Assembly (NCBI GenBank): GCA_021203185.1
Contig: JAJQBR010000160.1
Span: 1,790 to 33,789 of the forward strand
DNA from: Clostridiales bacterium
GTDB lineage: Bacteria > Bacillota > Clostridia > Oscillospirales > Oscillospiraceae
Direction of reading: 5' to 3'
Length of the DNA stretch: 32,000 nucleotides
Below, piece by piece: positions 7,310-13,263 of this stretch; positions within the stretch are counted from its first letter, which is position 1; each line of letters begins with the position of its first letter. The translations under genes were made by a program, and so were the position numbers. The notes below the pieces were generated by a model. The model was not told the DNA's origin and searched no databases. It saw nothing but the letters and a program-made list of their open reading frames with translations.

Positions 7310-7515
7310 GGCCGGGCCTCCTTCTCCGGGGTGTATTTCAGGGTGTAGCGCATCCGCCCACAGCAGGCGCATTTTGCCTTCCGGCTCCGAGCCGGGGTCA
7401 GTTTCAAGTTGTAGCGGCCTTGCACGGTGTCGCTGACCGCCTCAGCGCAGGGTCTGCACAGACGTTCCGGTCTGTCCACCTTCAGGAGGATGGTTTTCGT
7501 GGGGTTCTCACTCAT
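7306..7515 (-). CDS. Small zinc-ribbon-like phage protein, 69 aa
   Basis: CxxC motifs (CRPC and CACC). ATGA overlap with the ATPase gene start. Confidence 0.5.
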   Translation of the reverse strand: MSENPTKTILLKVDRPERLCRPCAEAVSDTVQGRYNLKLTPARSRKAKCACCGRMRYTLKYTPEKEARP

Positions 7516-7664
7516 CCCTCCTCCGCCTCCTTCTGCTCCGCTGCGAACAGCAGGTGGTACAGCTCATTCAACGTGTTATAAGCAGCCTCGGCGCCGATGT
7601 ATCCATCTGACACCGCCTGAACGATAGAAGAAATTGCAGTTTTTAGCGCGGTTGATGTTTTCAT
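7512..7664 (-). CDS. Small helical phage protein, 50 aa (MKTSTALKTAISSIVQAVSDGY...)
   Basis: Own translation. RBS CAAGGAGGAAACAAAATCA. The stop overlaps the next start. Confidence 0.45.
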   Translation of the reverse strand: MKTSTALKTAISSIVQAVSDGYIGAEAAYNTLNELYHLLFAAEQKEAEEG

Positions 7665-7700
7665 TGATTTTGTTTCCTCCTTGTGGTATTCTGTAAGTGG

Positions 7701-8234
7701 TTATTTTGCCTTGCCGCTGTCGGAACTGGTACTTCCGGCGGCGGCTTTTTTTGGCCCGGCGCCGCGCCTTTTGTACGGGATGTCAATGCCCCGCTTGCCA
7801 AGCGCATAGATAGCCGTGGTCACTGTATGGGTGTCCGTACCCAGCACAGCGGCGATTTGGTCTGAGGTCATGCTGCTCCAGTCGCGGCTTTGCAGCCGCC
7901 CTCTGATGGATAATCCAGATTTGCCACGACTCCCCGCTGGTCGTCCAGTTTCCGGGTCCAGATTTGGCTCTTTGTGCGCCAGCCTCCGCTCGTCCGGCAT
8001 GATGGGCCAGCACTCGTTGAACCCCTTGTCTACCCGGTGGCCGGTGCTGTCGTAGCCCTCCAGCGGGAGATGCACCGTGGCAAACCGCCGCTGAGTGTGG
8101 ATATAAATCACCAGCCCGGTCAGGGCGTGGGGCGGCTGACAGTGTTCGTTGCCGTTGTCCTTCTTGTCCAGGGCATAGGGCGTCAGCCGCAGCCTGTCCC
8201 CGATGGCGACGGTGCGGAGGAGGTAGGGGATCAT
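7701..8234 (-). CDS. Hypothetical phage early protein, 177 aa, with a possible C-terminal HTH
   Basis: Track ORF. RBS GGAGGCGG and ATGA coupling. SDQIAAVLGTDTHTVTTAIYALGKRG is HTH-like. Confidence 0.55.
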   Translation of the reverse strand: MIPYLLRTVAIGDRLRLTPYALDKKDNGNEHCQPPHALTGLVIYIHTQRRFATVHLPLEGYDSTGHRVDKGFNECWPIMPDERRLAHKEPNLDPETGRPAGSRGKSGLSIRGRLQSRDWSSMTSDQIAAVLGTDTHTVTTAIYALGKRGIDIPYKRRGAGPKKAAAGSTSSDSGKAK

Positions 8235-8467
8235 CTGGCCGCCTCCATTTCTTCATATTCGTGGACGGCCTCCCTGTAGATGTCAGCAACTTTTTCAACG
8301 TCGATGTTGGCGTCTAGCGTCGCCTGGGCCAGCCCCGCAATTAAAGCGCTGACAATATGGGAGGTATACCCATCGCAAGCAAAAATCGGCACCGGGTCGT
8401 TTGCTTTCTTCGTAATATTGATGCTAAATTCGGCGTTCAGCATTTCGGCCAATATTTCCTGTCTCAT
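8231..8467 (-). CDS. Hypothetical phage protein, 78 aa
   Basis: Internal start MRQEILAEML preceded by GGGGAGGG. Translationally coupled on both sides. Confidence 0.5.
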   Translation of the reverse strand: MRQEILAEMLNAEFSINITKKANDPVPIFACDGYTSHIVSALIAGLAQATLDANIDVEKVADIYREAVHEYEEMEAAR

Positions 8468-8643
8468 CTGCAATCCCTCCCCGCAATCAGCGCTTCCAGC
8501 CACCACCCGGCGGCAGCCAGGCACAGGATACTTCCGGCGTTCGTCCGCCCGCAAAGGGCCACGGCGATACCGGCGCAGGCAGCGACAAAGCCCAGCAGGG
8601 CGGTCAGGCCGAAGATGATCAGGGCGGTTTCAGCGTGTTTCAT
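8464..8643 (-). CDS. Small membrane protein, 59 aa
   Basis: Internal start MKHAETALIIFGL preceded by GGGAAAGGAGG. Two hydrophobic segments. Confidence 0.5.
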   Translation of the reverse strand: MKHAETALIIFGLTALLGFVAACAGIAVALCGRTNAGSILCLAAAGWWLEALIAGRDCR

Positions 8644-8989
8644 GGTCGGCCTCCTTTCCCAGCGGCCAGCGGAACTCCCAGTGGTCAACGGCATCGTTGC
8701 TAGGGTAGCAACTGGCGCAGTCGGCGCAGGGCGGCTCGTAGGTGTGCTTTTCTTTGTGCTTGCACGCTACACAGTACCCGTGCATGTCCTGCTTGATTTC
8801 CTCCAGCACCTCCACCGCCTGGACAGCGGCGGTCAGGGCCTGCTTGTCGCGGGCAACCTCTACCGCCGAAAAGGTATCAGCGGTCAGCCGGGAATAGGTG
8901 AATGACACCTGGCTCAGCCGGTCGATGATCTCTTTTGTGGTCATTGGCGCCCTTGTCTGCGGCGCTAGGGGCGTGATGTTGTCTGTCAT
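8630..8989 (-). CDS. Hypothetical phage protein, 119 aa, with a Cys cluster (CVACKHKEKHTYEPPCADCASC)
   Basis: Internal start MTDNITPL preceded by GGAGGAAACACA. Confidence 0.55.
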   Translation of the reverse strand: MTDNITPLAPQTRAPMTTKEIIDRLSQVSFTYSRLTADTFSAVEVARDKQALTAAVQAVEVLEEIKQDMHGYCVACKHKEKHTYEPPCADCASCYPSNDAVDHWEFRWPLGKEADHETR

Positions 8990-9015
8990 TGTGTTTCCTC
9001 CTTTGTGCATTATGG

Positions 9016-9243
9016 TTACTTTCTTGCCAGGCCGTCCCGCAGTTGCGCGGCGACCTGCTGGGCGTGGCGGCGGCGCTGGGCCAGCTCCTCCGGCGTGGCC
9101 TGGAGTACATAGTCGTCGCACTCCATCACCGTGCCGTATGGCGTCTTGATGGTGTGGACCACGTGGCCGTGCTGGGCCAGATACCGCATCAGCTCCGGCG
9201 TCTTGCGCATGGGCAGCTTCTCCATCTTGGAATAATCCGTCAT
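9016..9243 (-). CDS. Hypothetical phage early protein, 75 aa
   Basis: ATG preceded by GGGAGGTGATTGAT. Track ORF 9016..9252. Confidence 0.5.
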   Translation of the reverse strand: MTDYSKMEKLPMRKTPELMRYLAQHGHVVHTIKTPYGTVMECDDYVLQATPEELAQRRRHAQQVAAQLRDGLARK

Positions 9244-9294
9244 ATCAATCACCTCCCGAAAGTCTATGACGGGTGCGGTTTGTCCTATTAGTGG

Positions 9295-9390
9295 TTACGC
9301 TTGCAACAGAAACAATACTCCGTGGAATACCAATGCTGTGGCAATGGATACAAGCGATGGGATGATGTAGTCCCAGAGGGCTTTTTTCAC
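9295..9390 (-). CDS. Possible 31-aa membrane peptide (MKKALWDYIIPSLVSIATALVFHGVLFLLQA)
   Basis: Own translation. GTG start after GGAGGAGGTGAGAAGGC. Very short, so weakly supported. Confidence 0.3.
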   Translation of the reverse strand: MKKALWDYIIPSLVSIATALVFHGVLFLLQA

Positions 9391-9461
9391 GCCTTCTCAC
9401 CTCCTCCATAGCGCGTGGGTGGTTACTGTCCGTTGTGGTGGTCGCTGGAGGTCAGGCCCGG

Positions 9462-9614
9462 TTACTGGTTCAATCCACGCTCAATCAGCGTCCGAATCAG
9501 CTCCGCCCAGGACATCCTGCAAAATTCATCGGTTTTACGCAGTTCAATGAGCCTGGCTTCAATTTCGGCAGGGATTGAAATGGTAATCCTCCGGGTTTCC
9601 GTCACGGTTCTCAT
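9462..9614 (-). CDS. Ribbon-helix-helix DNA-binding protein, Cro-like first gene of the early operon (50 aa)
   Basis: Own translation MRTVTETRRITISIPAEIEARLIELRKTDEFCRMSWAELIRTLIERGLNQ, showing a beta strand followed by two helices. The start is ATG 9614 or GTG 9605. Confidence 0.6.
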   Translation of the reverse strand: MRTVTETRRITISIPAEIEARLIELRKTDEFCRMSWAELIRTLIERGLNQ

Positions 9615-9623
9615 CTCCTTTTT

Positions 9624-9677
9624 TCACCATTGGTGAGATTCTATGGCTATTATAATTCACCATTGGTGAAAAGTCAA
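9624..9677 (-). promoter_or_regulatory. Early (lytic-direction) promoter with two palindromic operators
   Basis: On the minus strand: TTGACT (9677..9672), a 17-nt spacer, then TATAAT (9654..9649). Palindrome TTCACCATTGGTGAA lies in the spacer (core 9657-9669). A second copy is at 9624-9636 over the 5' UTR, 33 bp away. Confidence 0.6.
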
Positions 9678-9706
9678 GTAGATTAGACCTCGAAAAAAGA
9701 AAAAAT

Positions 9707-9750
9707 TTCACCACTTCACCGTTTACATTTTGGTGAAGTGGTGTTATACT
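9707..9750 (+). promoter_or_regulatory. Lysogeny-direction promoter with a 12-bp inverted-repeat operator
   Basis: TTTACA (9722-9727), a 17-nt spacer, then TATACT (9745-9750). The IR CACCACTTCACC (9709-9720) / GGTGAAGTGGTG (9732-9743) brackets the -35. It reuses the TTCACC half-site of the other operators. Confidence 0.6.
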
Positions 9751-9771
9751 GTCAAATAGGAGGTGACGCTT

Positions 9772-10083
9772 ATGTCCGATGCACGATTTTCTGTTACAAT
9801 GTCAGAAGAACTATATCAAGAGGTAGACCAATTCCGTCATGCTCATAAGTTCAAGACCCAGACAAAAGCTGTGGTTGCACTGGTAGAAAAAGGGCTAAAT
9901 TCTTTGGGGCTGCCGGAGCCGCTGCCAGATGGAGAGGTTTCTATCGCAGATGCCCGCAGCACCCTTATGGAGATTCGTTTTTCACAGTTGGATGACCAGG
10001 ATAAGGCTTCTGTTTACAGCTATGCCGGGTATCTGCTGGAGAAGGAGAAATATAATAAGTCAGATGACATTGATACGCCTTAA
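9772..10083 (+). CDS. RHH-type regulator, probable prophage repressor (103 aa) with an extra C-terminal domain
   Basis: ATG preceded by ATAGGAGGTGACGCTT. ARFSVTMSEELYQEVDQFRHAHKFKTQTKAVVALVEKGL is RHH-like. It is divergent from the Cro-like gene and in the same direction as int. Confidence 0.55.
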   Translation: MSDARFSVTMSEELYQEVDQFRHAHKFKTQTKAVVALVEKGLNSLGLPEPLPDGEVSIADARSTLMEIRFSQLDDQDKASVYSYAGYLLEKEKYNKSDDIDTP

Positions 10084-10104
10084 AAGGGTATATGAGGTAT
10101 TTCA

Positions 10105-11166
10105 ATGGGTTTCTTCGATTTTTTCAAGAAAAAGAAAATTCCACCTTCTGAGGCTCCTATCCCAGAGGATGAAAAGAAATTCTATCAGCCGGATTCCTAC
10201 TATACGCAGGGCGCTTTTCAGGGGACGATGTTTGCCCGGCCTGTTGTTACCTTTGAGGAGCGGAAAAAGACGACCTATTCGTCAAAGCGCGGCCTATATC
10301 CTGCTGAGATCATGCTGCTAAAGTATTGCACATATGGAACATACCCTCTTTCCAGCGGCTCCTATCCGGGCCTGTGGTGGTTTCAGTATGGGATTCGGAA
10401 CGTTATTGCAATGTTGAAATCTCTTGAAGAAAGAGGATTCATCTGCTACGCGCCAGCGAAACAGCATATATCCAGATTGAAAGTAGCGCAGTTAAAAGAA
10501 CTTTTGGCGTATTTCAATCTGCCCGTTTCTGGTAAAAAGGCAGATTTGGTGGAACGCTTGCAAAACAACGTTGCAGACGCAGACCTCGAAACTGTCGTAC
10601 CGGACAAGAAGTATATGCTCACCCCATTGGGCGAACAGGAACTTACGGAGAATGAGTATGTGCCGTATATGCACGCCCATAGGCACACAGAAGTTTCTGT
10701 TTATGATTTGAATGTCCTCATTCATAAAAATCCGTCTGTCCCTTTCCGAAAACTTTTATGGGACGAATACACGCGCTTGTGTTTGGAACATTTTCGTGCT
10801 GGTGAAAACGGGTCAGGCCGAAATATAACGCTTGCTATGGCCCGGTTCTTGAAGGAAGAAAGACAACCGGAAGGGGCATTAGGGCTGTTTGCGCAGATAG
10901 TTTATCTCGATTTGAATCGTGAACCGCTTCCATTCGCAGACCCTGACCATGTGCTTGCTCCCGCGATTCTTGATGATATTTCACGTATATCAGAACAGAT
11001 AGGCTGCAAAGGAAACAGGTTAATTGACTATATAGAGTGGTGTTTAGGTAAAATTCGACCTGCTTATAAAAATTATACAGAGACAGAAGCGGCCACCATC
11101 ATTACCATTTATGTATCAGGGCATAAAGACCGCGCTGAACAGATGATAAGGCAAAAATGGCAATAA
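10105..11166 (+). CDS. SAP-domain protein of unknown function (353 aa), co-directional with the repressor
   Basis: A clean ORF in a visibly AT-richer segment. SAP motif LKVAQLKELLAYFNLPVSGKKADLVERLQNNV (about nt 10474-10572). No catalytic motif recognised. Confidence 0.7.
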   Translation: MGFFDFFKKKKIPPSEAPIPEDEKKFYQPDSYYTQGAFQGTMFARPVVTFEERKKTTYSSKRGLYPAEIMLLKYCTYGTYPLSSGSYPGLWWFQYGIRNVIAMLKSLEERGFICYAPAKQHISRLKVAQLKELLAYFNLPVSGKKADLVERLQNNVADADLETVVPDKKYMLTPLGEQELTENEYVPYMHAHRHTEVSVYDLNVLIHKNPSVPFRKLLWDEYTRLCLEHFRAGENGSGRNITLAMARFLKEERQPEGALGLFAQIVYLDLNREPLPFADPDHVLAPAILDDISRISEQIGCKGNRLIDYIEWCLGKIRPAYKNYTETEAATIITIYVSGHKDRAEQMIRQKWQ

Positions 11167-11275
11167 CCGCAACGCCAAACAGCTCAACGCCCAGGGGCTG
11201 CAAAAGCTGGTGGACTACTCAGACGACCTACTGGGCAATCCTGTTTATAAGAAGAAAACGCCGGACGGATTTTCA

Positions 11276-11304
11276 GTATCCGATGGGCGAGACGATAAAA
11301 TGGC
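11276..11304. repeat. 29-bp direct repeat, copy 1 (GTATCCGATGGGCGAGACGATAAAATGGC)
   Basis: Identical 29-mer at 11942-11970. Confidence 0.9.
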
Positions 11305-11337
11305 ATGACTTGAACCGAAAGAGAGAAGGTGCAGCAT

Positions 11338-11724
11338 ATGCCGGAAAACCGGCTGTTCCGGGTAGGGGAATACCTGGAGCGGTATAATGAAATAACCGGT
11401 CAGTCTATCCCGCCCGGCGGCATTTATCAGTCCCCCGGTCTTGTCCGGCATATTGAGAAGCGGCACCCGGAGAACGTGTCACAAATCGACTTGATACCGG
11501 AGATTCTGGCCGCTCCAGATTACATTGGACACAACCCCAAAGAGACGGACAGCGTGGAGCTGGTCAAGGTGTACGGGCAAAATTTGATGGTCTGTGTAAA
11601 GCTGGATCGAAGGAAGGGTTACTTGTTTGTGGCCAGTTTTTTCAGCATCAGCCAGGGAAAGTTGAAAAACCGGCTCAACAGCGGCAGGCTGAAACGTCTG
11701 GAGAAGAAAACAAAAATAGATTGA
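11338..11724 (+). CDS. Barnase-EndoU-ColicinE5/D-RelE (BECR)-fold, PBECR-like putative RNase/toxin (128 aa)
   Basis: The pattern IYQSPGLVRHIEKRHPENVSQIDLIPEILAAPDYIGHNPKETDSVELVKVY...VKLDRRKGYLFVASFFSIS..KLKNRLNSGRL matches the recalled signature of phage/plasmid PBECR domains. Recall only, not searched. Confidence 0.55.
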   Translation: MPENRLFRVGEYLERYNEITGQSIPPGGIYQSPGLVRHIEKRHPENVSQIDLIPEILAAPDYIGHNPKETDSVELVKVYGQNLMVCVKLDRRKGYLFVASFFSISQGKLKNRLNSGRLKRLEKKTKID

Positions 11725-11749
11725 CGCCAGCGACAATGTGTGGTATAAT
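11721..11749 (+). promoter_or_regulatory. Near-consensus sigma-A promoter overlapping the stop codon of the RNase-like gene
   Basis: TTGACG (11721-11726), a 17-nt spacer, then TGgTATAAT (11741-11749). Confidence 0.55.
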
Positions 11750-11755
11750 AAAGCC

Positions 11756-11925
11756 ACTAAAAGCATATGCTTTAATGAGCAGTGAGGTCGGAAAGGCTCC
11801 CGACGCTCCCGGAAACGGGAACCTGAGATGCAGGATACGCCGCCCTGCCATTGCTCAACAGGCCCCTGGCAGTAAGCGCCCCCGCGATATGGGGGAGATC
11901 TGAACCCAGGGGCTTTATTTATACA
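11756..11925 (+). ncRNA. Candidate structured sRNA of about 170 nt, class unknown
   Basis: It lies downstream of the promoter above. Hairpins: AAAGCATATGCTTT (11760-11773), GUCGG/CCGAC, CCCG-GAAA-CGGG, CUGCCA/UGGCAG and CCCCC/GGGGG. GCCCCUGG (11862-11869) pairs with CCAGGGGC (11906-11913), followed by UUUAUUUAU. No ORF has a credible RBS. Confidence 0.35.
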
Positions 11926-11941
11926 CAAAAACCGCCCCGGT

Positions 11942-11970
11942 GTATCCGATGGGCGAGACGATAAAATGGC
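11942..11970. repeat. 29-bp direct repeat, copy 2
   Basis: Identical to 11276-11304, with 666 bp from copy start to copy start. Confidence 0.9.
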
Positions 11971-11972
11971 GT

Positions 11973-12006
11973 AAAAAAAGCCCCCAGCGCCGAAGCACCG
12001 GGGGAG
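11973..12006 (-). terminator. Intrinsic terminator of hicAB
   Basis: On the minus strand: CCCCCGGUGC-UUCG-GCGCUGGGGG followed by UUUUUUU. The two non-Watson-Crick pairs are G.U only in the minus sense. Confidence 0.7.
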
Positions 12007-12019
12007 AGGAAGGGAACTG

Positions 12020-12415
12020 TTACCCGATATTCAGTTTTTCTTTCAGGGCTTCCTGGAGGACGCCGGAGAAGTTGATGCCGTTGCTTTCGGCCAGATCATT
12101 CAGCCAACTGGGGATGGTCAACGTCTTTTTTACGGCCTTGCTGTCATAGAACCGGCGATACCAGTCGGTGTCACAGCCCACCAGCGAGACAAATTCGCCG
12201 CTTTCGTGCTGTACATCGTTCACCCCGGAGGGCGCGGGGATGGTTTCTCCGTCTTTCTCCATCCAGTACAAGGTCAAACACAGGGCGTCCTTCGCCATTT
12301 CGATTCCTTCGTTTACGTCGGCGGCGCTGGTGTAGCAGCTTTCCAGGTCGGGGAAACGGATGCTATATCCCTCTTCTTCCTTCGTGAAAATCGCCGGATA
12401 TGCGTATTTTGCCAT
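12020..12415 (-). CDS. hicB: HicB-family antitoxin
   Basis: 131 aa. MAKYAYPAIFTKEEEGYSIRFPDLESCYTSAADVNEGIEMAKDAL is the typical HicB N-domain. The C-terminal TLTIPSWLNDLAESNGINFSGVLQEALKEKL is RHH-like. Confidence 0.85.
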   Translation of the reverse strand: MAKYAYPAIFTKEEEGYSIRFPDLESCYTSAADVNEGIEMAKDALCLTLYWMEKDGETIPAPSGVNDVQHESGEFVSLVGCDTDWYRRFYDSKAVKKTLTIPSWLNDLAESNGINFSGVLQEALKEKLNIG

Positions 12416-12451
12416 GATAGAACCTCCTATTTAGGGGAGGGAGTTGGGGCT

Positions 12452-12634
12452 TTACAGCCCCGCATCCCGTAGGATTGATTTGAGTGTTCCTTTTGGTATC
12501 TCTTCTGTTTTGTGGCGGCTGACCGGGAAGCGTTTCCCTGTGATGGGACTATACCAAATACAGTGATTTGCACCTTCCCGGAGTATCGTGCAGCCTGCCT
12601 TTTTCAGCTTCTTTTCCAGTTCGCTGTATCGCAT
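12452..12634 (-). CDS. hicA: HicA-family mRNA interferase toxin
   Basis: 60 aa. The sequence MRYSELEKKLKKAGCTILREGANHCIWYSPITGKRFPVSRHKTEEIPKGTLKSILRDAGL is the typical HicA pattern. Confidence 0.85.
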   Translation of the reverse strand: MRYSELEKKLKKAGCTILREGANHCIWYSPITGKRFPVSRHKTEEIPKGTLKSILRDAGL

Positions 12635-12659
12635 TGCCGTCCCTCCTCTTTACGATTCT

Positions 12660-12688
12660 ATTTTACACGTATTTTATACGTATGTCAA
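12660..12688 (-). promoter_or_regulatory. hicAB promoter with a palindromic operator in the spacer
   Basis: On the minus strand: TTGACA (12688..12683), a 17-nt spacer, then TAAAAT (12665..12660). The spacer contains the palindrome ACGTAT-AAA-ATACGT. Confidence 0.65.
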
Positions 12689-12699
12689 GACCTAAACGC

Positions 12700-12735
12700 A
12701 AAAACCTCCCCCGGTGTAACCAGCACCAGAGGAGG
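12700..12735 (-). terminator. Minus-sense intrinsic terminator immediately upstream of the hicAB promoter
   Basis: On the minus strand: CCUCCUCUGGUG-loop-CACCGGGGGAGG followed by UUUUU. The mismatches are G.U only in the minus sense. Confidence 0.55.
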
Positions 12736-12746
12736 CAAAGAGGTGA

Positions 12747-13149
12747 TAAAACAAAGAAACAGACAACGCCGAGCCAAGCCCTGAAAGGGGAAGGTGTAAC
12801 GACTGGACACGGAGCGACCCATCGGGCCGAAGGCACAGTCTGAACTCACAGGCGACTGTGAGAGCCGGGCGGAAACGACCCGACCCCGCTGAAAGGCGGA
12901 GTAACAAATTTGGAAGTCTATTAGAGATATGATCCCTGACACTGTGTCTGGCATTGTTAAGCCCACCAGTATCGCGCAGATGCTGAGTGATTCGTTCGAG
13001 GTGACCGCAAGCATTCCTGAACCCATCTCTGCCACTCTCGGTTCCTTCAACGCCATCAACACTACTTGCGAGGTGAACCATCGCCCTGCCGTGGAGCAAT
13101 CCACGGTCTGCACTCCGTAAATTCGGCGAACCTCTGTTTCTTTGTTTTA
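12747..13149. ncRNA. Candidate large structured non-coding RNA locus (orientation unresolved; ROOL/GOLLD-like class is only a hypothesis)
   Basis: A 17-bp perfect long-range complement joins 12747-12763 to 13133-13149, extended by CGCCGA (12767-12772) / TCGGCG (13123-13128). There are at least six internal hairpins, including three GAAA tetraloops (12783-86, 12872-75, 12891-94). No convincing CDS is present. Confidence 0.4.
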
Positions 13150-13197
13150 CATATAGCATCATCACCGGACGAAGAAGTAGAATCTCCATCTGGTGAT

Positions 13198-13226
13198 ATG
13201 ATACCACATTTGTCCGCATAGCGCAA
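13198..13226 (-). promoter_or_regulatory. Possible minus-strand promoter reading into the structured locus
   Basis: On the minus strand: TTGCGC (13226..13221), a 17-nt spacer, then TGgTATCAT (13206..13198). Confidence 0.4.
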
Positions 13227-13227
13227 G

Positions 13228-13263
13228 AAAAACCGCCCCGGTGCTACCAACACCGAAGCGGTT
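13228..13263 (-). terminator. Minus-sense terminator-like hairpin
   Basis: On the minus strand: AACCGCUUCGGUG-loop-CACCGGGGCGGUU followed by UUUCUU. It shares the AAAAACCGCCCCGGTG arm with 11928-11943. Confidence 0.5.

Noticed and set aside
9415-9636. Plus-strand 73-aa ORF across the switch region.
   Set aside because: It is antisense to the well-formed RHH gene (9462-9614) and has no RBS.
11479-11928. 149-aa minus-strand ORF antisense to the RNase-like gene and the candidate sRNA.
   Set aside because: No RBS and an implausible sequence. The plus-strand gene has a recognisable family signature.
11157-12149. Plus-strand ORFs 11157-11387 and 11940-12149, which share the peptide YPMGETIKW.
   Set aside because: The shared peptide is just the translation of the 29-bp direct repeat. 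Neither ORF has an RBS, and each overlaps a terminator hairpin or the hicB 3' end.
12747-13149. The 17-bp inverted repeats as borders of an invertible (phase-variable) DNA segment acted on by the adjacent tyrosine recombinase.
   Set aside because: No promoter-like element was found inside the segment in either orientation. The helix continues beyond the IR (CGCCGA/TCGGCG) and many nested hairpins exist, which favours RNA structure. Not fully excluded; read pairs in inverted orientation would revive it.
12685-13219. Two overlapping minus-strand ORFs (142 and 175 aa) in the int-upstream region.
   Set aside because: They span predicted terminator and promoter elements, lack an RBS and any recognisable domain, and overlap each other in different frames. 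The region is better explained as structured non-coding DNA/RNA. A homology search could still overturn this.
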